64,000 nucleotides of DNA from the human T2T-CHM13v2.0 reference genome, Homo sapiens. The notes under the pieces are model-generated. The model saw nothing but the letters and a program-made list of their open reading frames with translations. It made no database searches and had not been told where the DNA came from. Positions 13,740 through 27,266 of the stretch are shown one piece after another (the first letter of the stretch is position 1; each line of letters begins with the position of its first letter). Both the position numbers and the translations under genes were made by a program. The stretch lies in assembly GCF_009914755.1 (NCBI RefSeq), contig NC_060927.1; one strand, 5' to 3'.

Positions 13740-14170
13740 AGCAGCTGTGGCAAACCACAGAAACCAAACTATACTGGATTTATTGGAAGATGATTTATTT
13801 GAATGATATTGGGTAGCTTACAAAATTATCAGGAATGCTATACAGCCAAGTTTAGAAAAGGAACAAAGAATAAATAAAAGTAAGATCTTACTTTAGAAGC
13901 CCTACCCCTGAACTTCACTCACTGCTAGGACACTCTCTGCTGGGACATAGGGCTCATGGTTCCATAGCAGAGGCCACACATAATCTCTACGCATGCCTTA
14001 ATCTTTGTTTTACTTCCTCAATAGTCAAAGCGTGTGTGAGCAGCATCTAATTTGCGAAGTTTAGGGCAATTTTCTATATCATAGCTGCCTCAACCTTTGG
14101 ATCCCATAGGGAAAGGTAGACTTCTAACAGGAATACTCCAATATAGGAAGAGTCTTTCAAAATGAGCTCA
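13740..14170 (-). mobile_element. Old MaLR LTR fragment (MLT1-like)
   Basis: 'tggcaaaccacagaaaccaaact...atttattggaag' and 'gcatctaatttgcgaagtttagg' resemble antisense MLT1J/K. Confidence 0.5.
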
Positions 14171-14924
14171 TACACACCAATGTCAAATGCCTTTTACATT
14201 TATTAAATTGTATGTAGATTATGTAGTTTCTACTAGCTCTCTTGAGATGAGTTTTCTCATAAAAATTTATTTTATCGGTTGTAAATTTTTGTATGATTTA
14301 GGACTTTCTAATACCTATGTCAATGACAAGGGAAAGATTACCATACAGTTGTATGAACCCAAGAGAAACTGTAAAGATGAAGTAAATCTGCCCAGTGACT
14401 GCTCTTTCTGTTCAGCTGAATTCAGGGCTAACGAGTCTGCATTACTAGCACCACTGTGGCAGAAGAAAGCAGGATAGGAAAGGAGAAGTTGAAAGAGAGA
14501 GAGAAGGAAAGAAACAGATATACAAAAGATCTTATCTCTATCTAAAGGAATAAACAAGATAAAATTACTTAAGAATATTAATAATATTTATGCCTTAAAC
14601 TAAGCACATAAATCATGAGTTGTGTAGAGTATGTATTAATCAGAGTCACTCCTGGCATTTCAGCAAGGAATAAATCTAGAGGGGATAAATTTTGACCTAA
14701 CTTGCACCCATTATTATTGACAGTCACTTATTCATTCACTTCATCAACAGATATACATGGACACCTACTTTACACAGAAGATCAAACAACTGAGAAAAAC
14801 AAAGAACACTGATGAGCAAAATCAAGATAAGTAAAGAGAGGAATGATAGCTCATTAGGGACAAAAAATGTATTATAAAATTATATTTTAAAGTAGCCTCA
14901 TGCTTCAGAAAAATTCAAGAGGCA

Positions 14925-15888
14925 GTGGTGAATGAACAAACTAATCCTAAAATTCTTATGGAAATGCAAGTGACTATAAAAACAATATTAAGAGAAAAAA
15001 CATGTTAGAAGAATCCCAATTTCAACACTTGCTACAAAGCAACAGTAAACAAAAGAGTATAATACTGGCATGGGAAAGACATATAGACCAATGGAATAAA
15101 ATGGAAAATCCAGAAATAAACCCATACTTCTATGGTCAATTGACTTTCAGCAGAGATAACAAAACAATTGAATGAGTAGACTAGTCTTTTCAATAAACAG
15201 AGCTGAGAAAACCAGACATTCACATGCAAAATAGATAATTTGAACTTCTAGCTTGTATTTTATACCAACCTTAACCCAAGATAGATCAAAGACCTAAACT
15301 GAAGAGCTAAAACTTAGAAGAAAACAGGCGTAAGTCTACATGACCTTGGATTAGACCTGTTGCTTAGATATGATACCAAAAGCACAAACAATCAATGACA
15401 AAATAGATAAATTGAACCACATCAAAATGAAAACCTTTTGTGCATAAAAATACACTAAAAAGAAAGTGAAAAGATAACCCACAAAATGGGACAAAATATT
15501 TGCAAAGCATATATCAGTAAGTGTCTAGTATCCAGAATATATAAAGTCTTACAACTTAAAGAATCAAAAGCAAATAATACACTAAACAACAAGCAAAGAA
15601 TTTGAATAGACATTTCTTCAAAGATATACAAATGGCAACTAGGCACATAGATATTCATCAGCATTCATCATTTGCAAAGTGCAAATCAAAACCACAATGA
15701 GATATCACTACACAATCACAAAGATGTCTACAATAAAAAAAAAAAAAAGCAGAAAACAAGTTGGGGGGAGGATGTGCAGAGGTTGGATCCTTCATACACT
15801 TTTGGTAGGAATGTAAGACGATAAAGCCACTGTAAAAATATTTTGGTAGTTCATTTGAAAGTTAAGCAAATTTACCATGTTACCCAGC
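14925..15888 (+). mobile_element. L1MB-like ORF2 3' region, part upstream of the THE1 insertion
   Basis: 'ctaatcctaaaattcttatggaaatgcaag', 'agacatatagaccaatggaata', 'gcaaatcaaaaccacaatgagatatcact'. Confidence 0.85.
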
Positions 15889-18169
15889 TGATATGGTTTG
15901 GCAGTATCCCCACCCAAATATCATCTTGAATTTCCATGTGTTCTGAGAGGCACCTGGTGGGAGGTATTTGAATCACGGGGGCAGGTCTTTCCTGTGCTGT
16001 TCTCATGATAGTGAGTAAGTCTCATGAGATCTGATGGTTATTTTAAGGGGGAGTTTTTCTACACAAGCTCTTTTTATCCACCTCCATCCATGTAAGATGT
16101 GGCTTGCTCCTCCTTGCCTTCCACCATGATTGTGAGGCTTCCCCACCTATGGGGAAATGTGAGTTCTCCATTAAACCTCCTTTTATTGTAAATTGCCCAG
16201 TCTTGGGCATGTCTTTATCAGCAGCATGAAAACGGACTAATACAGTTAATTGATACCAGAAGTGGGCTGTTGCTGAAAAGACACCTGAAAATGTGGAAGT
16301 GACTTTGGAACTGGACAACAGGCAGAGGTTGGAACAGATTGGAGGGCTCAGAAGAAGATAGGAAAATGTGGGAAAGTATGGAACTTCCTAGACACTTGTT
16401 GAATGGCTTTGACAAAAATGCTGATAGTGATATGAACAATAAGGATCAGGCAGAGTTGGTCTCAGATGGAGATGAGGAACTTATTGGGAACTGTAGCAAA
16501 GGTGACACTTGTTGTGTTTTTGCAAAGAGACTGGTAGCATTTTGCCCCTGCCCTAGAGATCTGTGGAACTTTGAACTTGAGGTAGATGATTTAGGGCACC
16601 TAGAGGAAGAAATTTTCAAGCACCAAAGCATTCAAGAGGTGACCTGGGTGCTGTTAAAGGCATTCCATTTTATAAGGCAAGCAGAGCATAAAAGGAAAGT
16701 TTGCAACCTGCCAATGCGATAGAAAAGAAAATCTCATTTTCTGAGGAGAAATTCAAGCCAGCTGCAGAAATTTGCATAAGTAGTGAGGAATGCTAATCCC
16801 CAAGACAATGGGAAAATGTCTCCAGGGCATGTCAGAGGTTTTCACAGCAGCACCTCCCATCACAGGCCTGGGGGCCTAGAAGGAAAACATGCCTTTGTGG
16901 GTCAGGTCCAGGGTCCTCATGCTGTGTGTATCCTAGGGACATGGTGCCCTGCATCTCAGCTGCTCCAGCCATGGCTGAAAGGAGTCAATGTAAAGCTCAG
17001 GCCATGGCTTCAGAAGGTACAAACCCCAAGCCTTGGCAGCTTTCACGTGGTATTGAGCCTTTGAGTGCATGGAAGTCAAGAACTGGGGTTTGGGGACCTC
17101 TGCCTAGATTTCAGAAAATGTATGGAAATGCCTGGAAGTCCAGGCAGAAGTTTGCTACAGGGGCAGGGCCTTCATGGAGAACCTCTGCTAGGCCAGTGCA
17201 GAAGGGAAATGTGGGGTCAGAGCCTCTACACAGAGTCCCTACTGTGGCACTGCCTAGTGGAACTGTGAGAAGAGGGTCACCATCCTCCAGACCCCAGAAT
17301 GGTAGATCCACTGACAGCTTGCACCATGTGCCTGGAAAAGTCACAGACATTCAACCCTAGCCCATGAAAGCAGTCAGGAAGAGGCGATACCCTGCAAAGC
17401 CACAGGGGCGGAACTGCCCAAGACCATGGGAACCAACTACCTCTTGCATCAGTGTGACTTGGATGTGAGACATGGATTCAAAGGAGATCATTTTGGAGCT
17501 TTAAGAGTTGACTGCTCTGCTAGATTTTGGACTTACATGGGGCCTGTATCCCCTTTGTTTTGGCCAATGTCTCTCATTTGGAATGGCTTTATGCAATACC
17601 TGTACCTCTACTGTATGTAGGAAGTAACTAACTTGCTTTTGATTTTACAGGCTCATAGGTGGAAGGGACTTGCCTTTATCAGATGGGACTTTGGACTGTG
17701 GACATTTAGGTTAATGCTGAAATGAGTTAAGACTTTGGGGGACTATGCGAAGGCATGATTAGTTTTGAAATGTGAGGACATGAGATGTGGGAGGGGCACA
17801 GGGTGGAATGATATGATTTTGCTGTGTCCCCAACCAAATCTCATCTTGAATTCCCACGTGTTGTAGGAGGGACCCAGTGGGAGGTATTTGAATCAGGGGG
17901 GTGGGTCTTACCTATGCTTTTCTTGTGATAGTAAGTCTCATTAGATCTGATGGTTATTATAAGGGTGGGGGGACAGGTTCCTGCACAACCTCTCTTTATC
18001 TGCTACCATCCATCAATGTAAGATGAGACTTGCTCCTCCTTGCATTTTGTCATGATTGTGAGGCTTCCCCAGCCATGTGCAATGCGAGTTCTCCATTAAA
18101 CCTCTTTCCTTTGCAAATTGTCCGGTCTCGGGTATGTCTTTATCAGTAGTGTGAACATGGACTAATATA
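15889..18169 (+). mobile_element. Full-length THE1 (THE1B-like) MaLR provirus: 5' LTR 15889-16244, THE1-int 16245-17808, 3' LTR 17809-18169
   Basis: Both LTRs start TGATATG and end 'ggactaataca/ta'; typical THE1-int sequence; 5-bp TSD ccagc at 15884-15888 and 18170-18174. Confidence 0.95.
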
Positions 18170-18665
18170 CCAGCAATTCACTTTTAAATATAAATGTATG
18201 AAATTGAAAGCACATTTAAAAAACAATTGTACAAAAATGTTCCTAGTAGCATTATTCAAAATAGCCTAAAATTAGAAACAACCAATTTCTATCTGCTGAT
18301 GAATGGGTAAATAAAATGTAGTATGTCTATACAATGGAATATTAGCCACATAAAAAGGAAAGGAATGAAGAATTGATACATGCTACAACATGGATGAACC
18401 CTGAAAATATTGTTGTAAGTAGAGGAAAACAGACACAAAAAGCCACATATTATATGATTTCATTTACACAAAATGTCTACATTAGGCAAATCCACCAGAA
18501 TGAAAAATAGTAGGGAAAGGGAGGTATTGGAACTGACTGCTAATAGGTACAGATATAGTGGTGATGATTATACAACATAATCAATACACAAAAATACTCC
18601 ATTAAATTGTATACTTTTAAATAGTGAATTTTATGTTATGTGAATTATATTTTAATTTTTAAAAA
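18170..18665 (+). mobile_element. L1MB-like 3' end, continuing after THE1
   Basis: Resumes 'ccagcaattcact'; 'gatacatgctacaacatggatgaaccctgaaaa'; ends 'gtgaattttatgttatgtgaattatat' + A tail. Confidence 0.85.
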
Positions 18666-18937
18666 GAGGTCATTGTAGCCATAAAACAAGAATAGGCTGC
18701 TATATAAACAGTATTTAGAAAGTAAGAAACTGTTCTTAGAAATTAAAAACATAATTAACAAAATAAAATTTCAAATGAAATAGATTGACAAATTAATACA
18801 TCAAAATCAGCTTAAGACCAATTTACTAACACAAAAGATAAATTTAAAACTGTAACATATATATCAAAAGAGCTGAAAATATGAAATATATATTAGAAAT
18901 GTCAAGAATAGTTTAAAAAGACATATTAACCAAATAC

Positions 18938-19440
18938 ATTGTGTTTCAAGCTGCAGATATAGCCCATTAGTAAGTCATTGCAATGGACTGAATTGTGTTT
19001 CCTAAAAATTCATATTTTGAAAATCTTAACCCCTAATAGGTTTGTATTTAGAAATGGGGCTTTTGAGAGCTAATTAGGTCATGAGGGTGGAGCTCCTACA
19101 ATAGCATTAGTGCCCTTATAAGAAGAGACACAAGAGTGCTCTCTCAACTATGTGAGGATATATCAAGAAAGTGGCTATCTGCAAGCCAAGAAGAGGGCCC
19201 TTACCAGAAACGGGGTTACTGGTACCCAGATGATGGTACTTTCCAGCCTCTAGAACTATGAGAAATAAACTTATTTTGTTTAAGCCACCCAGTCTTTGCT
19301 AATTTTTTATAGTAGCCCAAGCAAACTAATATGGTCATGATACCAAATTAGTGCTCTATAACCAGCATTTTTAAAAATAAAATAAAATGAAAAGGAACAG
19401 ACCAGAATACAGAACATTTGGTAATATACATGTACATATT
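18938..19440 (+). mobile_element. hAT-Charlie (Charlie4z-like) remnant split by MLT1A
   Basis: 'cattgtgtttcaagctgcagatatagcccattagtaagtcat|ga...aaattagtgctctataaccagcatttttaaaaa' is contiguous once the LTR is removed. Confidence 0.55.
18979..19333 (+). mobile_element. MLT1A/MLT1A0 solo LTR
   Basis: 'tgcaatggactgaattgtgtttcc', 'attagtgcccttataagaagagac', 'gtttaagccacccagtc'; 5-bp TSD gtcat at 18974-18978 and 19334-19338. Confidence 0.88.
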
Positions 19441-20559
19441 TGATAGCATACAATTCTTTAGATTGTGTTCAAATGTTTGAGTCAATTATGATCTATTGGA
19501 ATATCAATCAGGTAGAGATGATAACAATACAGGGTGCAGCTCAGAAAAATAATGAGATAATTTTCCCCATATTGAAGAAAGGCACTAAATCTGTTAGTTT
19601 GAAGAACCAATCACATACTTAACAGAACAAATGAAAACACCCATATCCAGGTGAAATTTTATGCTTTCAATGAAAATTATAAAGATTCAACAACTTAAGG
19701 AGCAGAGAATAATGCAGTGCCATCCTCAACCTTCTCTAGGAGAAAAGAGTCACAATCAAAACTTTATGCCTAAAAAATATCAATCAAGCAGGAGAGAAAA
19801 ATTAGGGCACTTAGTGACAGTCAAGAACTTAGAAAGTCTACAACTCACATATTCTATGAATAAATGAAATTACACAATAAGGTAATCCAAGAAAATGAAA
19901 AAAGAATATGTGATCCAAGAATGAGGATGGTCTAGGATGTATATTTAAGTATCACGCAAAAGAAGGGAAGAAAGCTTAAAAGTATAGAAAAGGGAATCAT
20001 TTAAAATGAGATGCTTAGAAAATTCCCCTATCATAGTTTAAATGACTGACACTGAGTAACAATTCCTTCTCTGAGTAGCACACACTTCTTGGTCCCACAG
20101 TGAATAATATGTATGTAATTATAATACTGTGAATTGTGTGCAGTGAGTTTCAGTATGTGATATCAACTGATAAAGTATGAAAGACATAGGTATATAAAGC
20201 TGATAAATATTAAGATAAATCTTAATGAAAATATAGCATAGAGAAAAGATGACATAGACAAAAGAATAATTATGGAAAAGTGATAAATGCTTTAATTCTC
20301 TCATTTCATATCAGGAAATAAACAGAAACTGTCTAACGCCAATAGACCTAAAAATTTATGGGGCTGAAGTCATAAACACAACAAATAAACTGAAAATAAT
20401 AGTATGAACACAAAAAGTGGAGACAGCATGAATATTTTATCAATGAGCTATTTACCAAAGGAGTGATCTACCAAAGGAGATATTTACCAATAGCTCATTT
20501 CATAGCCCATTTAAGGGATAATATGGCTGTGTTTGTAACTGTAGGGCAGTTCTCTGAAG

Positions 20560-20820
20560 GAGTATGTAGTTGATGAATTATAATGATGGCCTCAACTAAT
20601 GTGACCTACCTGTATCCAAGCCATGTGCCCTGTAAGTTAGTAGTCCTTTTCTATTCTGACTCTGGGCTTAGATAAGTCATTTGCTTTTGGTCACTCGTTT
20701 CATAGTAGAGTGAATGCAAGAAGAGGCTTGAAAATGCATGTCGTATTTCCCTTCCCGCTCTTGTTTCCTTTAATTGCCTTAAGAACATGCCCTGACTAGC
20801 TTGCTTCTGCTGGATAAAAT
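20560..20820 (+). mobile_element. MLT1 LTR fragment
   Basis: 'tgatggcctcaac...ctgactctgggcttag...gcaagaagaggcttgaaaatgc'. Confidence 0.5.
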
Positions 20821-21459
20821 ACATACTACCAATTCCAACTTACTACCTGAGGGTTCTTTCTTGTCTTCTTTTTTTCTATGTGTATAAATCCCTTCTCTGT
20901 CAGTAAGTGCTTAATCCTCCTGTCAGTAACCAATCTCTGGACCACGCTGGACACCTCAGCAGCCCTTGGCCCTGCAGCTTCCCAGCACCACCATCTCCTC
21001 AGATCCCAGCAGGGCTGCTTCTTGGCCCTTGGCCCTGCCACTAGTTCCTTGGGTGTGACTAATACCCCTTCATCCCCCACACCCCACATGCCATCTCCTC
21101 ACCTCCACAAGCCACACTGCTGCCTCCTAAAGCAGGAAACAAAAAAGAAGAGAAAGAGAAACTTCAACGAACATTTCTATTTCAAATAATTTATCTGTTA
21201 AAATCGTAATTCAAAAAAGATGCTCATTTCACTATTCACTTATTAGAGGTAACAAGAGAGAGGAAGGATTTCTTAATCTTATAACAACACTCTACTTTGA
21301 ATGTCATCGTTTTTGGAGATATTCATCTACTGGGATCGTATTTAATATCTTCTGCCTGATATGCATAAAACTGAATTCAGGTACTAGTATGAAATGTTCT
21401 GCAGTAATACCATAAAGCATAACTATTTGCTGAATATCTACTACATTTCAGTATACAAG

Positions 21460-22220
21460 GAGTCTTTAAGCCAATAAAATACCATTCCACAACCAACAGA
21501 TGAGCAAATTTAAAAAGTTCGACAATGTTAAGTACTGACAAGACTATGAAGAAAAAGGAACTCTCATATCCTGCTGACATAAAATAAATCAGTATGTTTT
21601 GGAGAATGTTTTGAAAATATCTAGTACATTTGAAGATGAACTTGTTCTTTGACTGTAAACCTTTACTTTGAGGATTAATTCTTAGAGAAAATTTGCAGAT
21701 TTTCACAGAGAGACATGAAAAACTAGTTCATTACAGCCTTGATACAGATAGGAAAAATTGGGAATGGCATAAATGTTCATCATCAAGATAACAAACAAAT
21801 GCAGTATATACATCAAATTTCATAGGATATATTCATGAAAATTAATGAACTGGAACTACTGATATCTAGGTTGATACCTAGATAAAAATTTAAAACATAA
21901 TATGGAGGAAAAAAAGAATAATGCAGTATGATACAATCACAATGATAAATTCTTTGCATAAAATACATAAATATGCTAAATAATGCTGCATATTTTTTAA
22001 GATATATACATCTATAATAATAAATATATATACAGGCATGGAGGTGATAAATACCAAATTCAACAAAATGATTACCTCTGAATAGAGTGGAGTCTTCAAC
22101 CATATCTGAATTATTTTATATTTTAAAAATATAAAGTGAACATAGTTAAAAATTGATAAAGTTATATAATAAACACATACTATTTATGACATTTTTCCAT
22201 AAAACTTTCTATATGATTAC
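21460..22220 (+). mobile_element. L1ME 3' end
   Basis: 'ataaaataccattccacaccaacagatgagcaaa', 'ggaactctcatatcctgctg', 'gataaataccaaattcaacaaaatgattacctctg'. Confidence 0.7.
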
Positions 22221-22299
22221 ACAACCACAGGTACCTATATATCTCAAGGAGGTTCAAACTTGTTGGAATGGTAGAATGTCTGGCAAAGGATGCCTATAA

Positions 22300-22870
22300 A
22301 TAAATGAGACTCTTTTTGCAGTCCACATAGTATTGCACAAAACAAATAAGTCTCTACTCTTATAAGGTTAACAGTATATTAGTAGAGGCAAATATTAAGC
22401 AAATAAATACATAAATACATAATGAACACTTATAATAAGTGCTATGAAGTACTGATGTCATTTATCAGAGGTGAGAAACTGAGGAAGTGATGTAGTCAAC
22501 GGTGTCTTCTCTGAAAGTAAAATATGTAAGCTGAGGGTTAAAAGATGAATGCAAATTAACCAAAAGAAAAGAAAGATGAAGATTCTTCCAGTTACAGGTA
22601 ATATCAGGTGTAAAATCCCTGATGCTGTGAACAGATTGTCAATTTCAAGAAAGGGAAAGGACATTGTATTGCCGAGCAAAGTGAATAAAAAGCGGAAGTT
22701 GTAACAGGCAGGGCAGATACCAGATCATGTAGGGCCTTTCAGGCCATGATAAGAAATTTAGATTTTATGGAAGGAACAATGGAAAGCCATTGAAGGAGCT
22801 TAGGAAGGAATGTGCTGTGATCCTACTTATATATTTAGAAGGTCATTTTGCTGCTAGGTGGAGAATTGAT
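22300..22870 (-). mobile_element. L2 fragment
   Basis: 'cagatcatgtagggcctttcaggccatgataagaaatttagattttat...aatggaaagccattgaagg' is characteristic antisense L2. Confidence 0.8.
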
Positions 22871-23059
22871 CTAACAGGTTGAAGACCTTCAAAACAATAG
22901 TTTCAAACCAGCATACTCCAGCAAATATTGGGTATAATTGCTCACAAATTATTGTAGACTAATGACGTCTCTGGAAACATAGTACATTGGTAAGCATTGA
23001 ATTCAGGTTTCAGCTGCATCATGTATTAGCTCTATAATCTTGAACAATGATAATCATCA

Positions 23060-24698
23060 CAGACACTTACTGAATTAAACTGGCAACCTTACTTTGATTG
23101 CTAAAAAAAGTGAAAACAAAAAGCCAAGAATACAAAAAATTATATAATTTAACTCCTCTCCACTTCCACATTTTGAATTTTTGATATTACAATTTACAGC
23201 TTTTTGATTGCATATTCCATAACCAGTTATAGTTATTATTTTAATAGTTTTGTCTTTTCATTTTCATACTAAAGACATGAGGTTTATATTCTATGATTAC
23301 ATTATTAGGGTATTATGAATTTGATTATATACTTAATTTTGCCAGTGAGTTTTATACCTTCAGATGTTTTTATATTATTCATTATTGTCCTTTTCCTTCT
23401 GTTTGAAAATCTCTTTTTAGCATTTCTTGTAAGACAGATCTGGTAGTGATAAACTTCCTCAGCTTTTGTTTGTCTGGGGAAGTATTTGTCTCTCTTTCAT
23501 TTTGAACACTATCTTTGCTGGGTACAGTATTCTTGATTGGCTGTTTGTTTTTTTCCTTCAGTACTTTTAATACATCATCCCACTTCTTCCTGGCCTTCTT
23601 AGCTAAGAAGTCTGCAGCCAGGTGTATTGGAATCTCATATGTTATTTGCTTTCTTTCACTTGCTGCTTTTATAAATCTCTCCATATTTTTGACCTTTGAG
23701 AGTTTTATTATCATATGTCTTGGGATAGTTTTACAAGAATTGAATCTGATTGTTCACGCTCGCTGTTGCATTTTTTATTTTATTCCTTCTACTTTTTAGC
23801 TCTATGATTTCTGTTTAATTATTTTTTATTATTTCAATCTTTCTGTTAAATTTATCTGACAATTTCTAAAGTGCTTCTGTGCATTTTCTTGAAGATCACT
23901 GAGCTTTTTTGAAACAATTGTTTTGAATCTTTAATCAGGAAAATCACACATCTCTGTCTCTTTAGAGTCAAGTCACTGGCACCTTGATTTGACTTTTTGG
24001 TGATGTCATGTTTCCCTAATTGTTCTTGATTTTTGTGGTTATCAGTGTCTGAACACTGAATATGTAAGTATTTATTCCAGTCTTCATAGTCTCACTTTGT
24101 GACAATCCTCACACAGTATACCTGTACAAAAATTCTTACTGACCAGACTGCTGTTTTGATCTCTTAGCACATGACCACTGTATCTATTGTAGCAATAGAG
24201 GGTAGCCTAAGCCCAGTTCTGTAGAGGCTGGCACCAAGGCTTATGAATTGGCTGCTGTGCACTCAACCCCTATTCTTTGTTTCTAATTGACCCATGTTGG
24301 GCTAGTCCTATTCGCACTTGCAATGCCTCCCATGGGAAAGGACTGGAGAGATCCTCCTGCATAAAAGTCTCAGAATGGTGGGAAAGCTGAATGCCCACCT
24401 CTACTTCACTTTTTTCACTGTAGAAACTGTACATACAGAGGACTTTTCTGCTTGTGGTGCTGTGTAAGTTTGGGGGTGTGGCCATTGTGGTCACAGAGCA
24501 CATTTCATTTCTCTTATCACTTCACTATGTTTTTTCTCAGCTCTGTGGTCCAATGGAATGACACACTTTTGCTCCCAACTTCTGGGATATTCAGGTGGTA
24601 ACCTTGCCACTAGATAATTGCCAGTTGAAATTCTGTAGGAGTGCAGTGGAGAGAAGCTGGAGAACTTTTTCTCTGTCATTTTGCTGTCATCACTCCTC
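23060..24698 (-). mobile_element. L1M (L1MA-type) 5'UTR + ORF1 + spacer, decayed
   Basis: ORF 23382-23714 (IIKLSKVK...IHLAADF...ARKKWDDVLKVLKEKN...DKQKLRKFITTRSVLQEMLK) is the L1 ORF1p C-terminus; 5' end reads gaggagtgatgacagcaaaatgac on the - strand. Confidence 0.85.
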
Positions 24699-24989
24699 AC
24701 TGATGATGTCTTGTTGCCATGGTGATTCTGCTCAGTACAATGGGAACCACAGGATTAAACACTGTTGTACATGCTTGGCTTCATATCAAGTGTCTGGTTG
24801 TATAAATAAATTTCTTGTTTAAAATTTAAAAAATAAAAGTTAATAACACTGAATCAAGTTTCTCTAACTGTAAAATGTGTTGACTGGACTGAAGATGACA
24901 AAGGTGGGGTTTTGGTCATTGGACAGTTCTAAATCTCCATGGGAGCTTGAGAACTGCTCATGCCTCCTGAGAGTCTTTGTATTAAATTC

Positions 24990-25200
24990 TTTTTGTATAC
25001 TAGATACTATGCTAAAAAGTTTTATATTTATTATCTTATTGAATTATCAGAACAACCCTATGGAGTTAGGTATTATTATATTTTGTCCATTACATACACA
25101 TTAAGAAAATTGAGACTTACAAGGTTTGTTAAATTATTCATGCCACATAATTAAGTAAGCAGTGAAGTCAGGGTTTGAACTCATGTAATTTTGAAACTTC
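24990..25200 (-). mobile_element. MIR
   Basis: 'aacaaccctatggagttaggtattatt...aagaaaattgagac...gtcagggtttgaactc'. Confidence 0.7.
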
Positions 25201-26509
25201 ATGATCTGCTGTGTTATTTCATGTATGAACTAGATATAAAGAGAACAGTTCATTGAATTGACAAGATTAAATGAAATAACTTATGCAATGTTGCAAGTCC
25301 CATATTAGTATGAGATTGCTATTTTTACATTTATCTTAAAAGAATAATATAAACTTATAACCTTACTTTTTTAAAGCAATGTTTTAAAATTTTCAAGGTA
25401 CTTTAGGTGCTCATGAATTACATAATTTGGTAAGTTTAGAAAAGTTGAGAACAATTAATGTGATGCACAAATGAATCATTCCCACTTGCCTAAAGTTATA
25501 ACTTTTCATTGACATCATTGCTCAGAAATCAGTCATCAACAATCATATCTGGAAAACACAAAATACAAATGAGGAACTGGTGACTGTTTTGGCAGTTTTT
25601 AACTGGAGAGCCAAAACAGTAGAGCTGGAAGGAACTGGATCAACTGGGTAGCTGACAAAACGGAGATCTAGAAAGATAAACATAGGGCGAATGAATAGAT
25701 ATTTTCTTACTTTAATCCTCTGACTGTTTTATAGTATATCGCAAATTGATTTTCTTATGAAACAGAGGTAGTAGGGTCAACCACCAAAATGCTGGCAGAA
25801 CAAATTGTGGTAACAATCCTCATAATCCTTCTACCTGATCTTTCTATAGCAAGGATAGCAACAAAGTTGTATCACTTCTAAAAAGATGCTACCTACTCTC
25901 ATATACATATAACACTTTATGAATTATGGAGTACCTCAGAAAACATTTTGCAGCTTAATAATGATGAAACAATAATTATCATTATTTAATGAGCACTAAA
26001 ATCATAATAAATTTTGACTATATCTTGGTGCACTATATTCTTTCTACACAACAGAAATTAAAAGTATTGTATCAATAAGTCTAATACTGAGTATAATTGC
26101 AACTCTATTTCCTAGACCATTCATTTCTAAGTGCAAATCTTAAGGTTTCAAGACAGTCAGAAAATGTAAGTAAACTTATTTTCTATTCTGCATTCTCACA
26201 ATTGCCTTATTTCTCCATTTTACCTCATATGTGAAAAGACAAGAAGTATATGAGAAGAACAATTGTCTCTAATTAGCAAAACACTTGGAACTGTAGATTG
26301 AAAAAGAATGTGTGGAGATAAGTTCAGCCTTAGGTGGGAAAGTAAAACATATCCCAACCCCACCTATGCCTCTTGCCAGATAGGTGTGAGAAATCAAAAA
26401 CAAGAGAGACACAGAGAGAGAGAAAGAAACAGACAGACAGATGGAGATTGCTCCTTTTTTTTTTTTTACCTCAATAACAACAAAAAGCAACAGAAAGAGA
26501 CAGTGGAAT

Positions 26510-26755
26510 GGAGAGATGGGGAGGAAACATAGGCTTTTGCATCAAATACAATTTCTGTCACATCTCATTTTTTTCTATCTGGTGACCTTAGCTAAGTCAC
26601 TTAACTCCTCGAGTCTCAGTTATTACCATGTTTAAAAAATAATATGAAAATAGGTACCTCATGGTTTTTCTGAGATGAAATGAGACAATGTGTATATAGG
26701 GTCTATAGCAGTGCCTGGAACATAGTAGTAACTCAACAAATGGTACTTATTATTT
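26510..26755 (+). mobile_element. MIR
   Basis: 'gtgaccttagctaagtcacttaactcctcgagtctcagtt', tail 'cagtgcctggaacatagtagtaactcaacaaatgg'. Confidence 0.75.
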
Positions 26756-27266
26756 TTATAATATTACCATTACTAGAAGTCTCTGAAGCCACAAAACACT
26801 ACTTTTTAGCCTCTTGGTACTTCCAAACTTCCCTGTTCATAGAGTATAATGCAATAAAAAATGTTCAATGCTTAATAAATTATTGAACAATTCGACATTT
26901 TTTTTTCAGTAGTTTCAGCAGTTCAGCATGCAGTGAGAAAGGAGATACGGCTTTGCCATCATGCATGGTTATATAAAATAATGTAGCCTTCCCCAGGCTC
27001 CCAAAGAGAAGGTAGGTACCCTGGACACGCTTACTAGGAACACTTTTGACATCTATCATACAAAAAATTAGGAAAGATTTTGTCTACCAACGCCCCAGCC
27101 TGGGATATGGGATTTTTCTCTTTTTATTTATCTGTGGTAACTACTTCCATAACATTCAATGTGATGTGCACTATGGTAATTTTTATATTGTGCAAAATTT
27201 GTACTCACAGTGTAAACTCTGTAATCACAATTGTGTAAGCTCTTTGAGGAAAAGAACGCTTCCTAT

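Larger units (their letters stand above)
18670..20400 (+). mobile_element. Very old L1ME/HAL1-like ORF1-region fragments, hosting Charlie and MLT1A inserts
   Basis: A-rich; 'ttagaaattaaaaacataattaacaaaataaaa', 'actttatgcctaaaaaatatcaatcaag' resemble degraded L1 ORF1. Confidence 0.45.

Noticed and set aside
16339-17360. 127-aa and 144-aa ORFs
   Set aside because: Broken pieces of the THE1 internal ORF, not a host gene.
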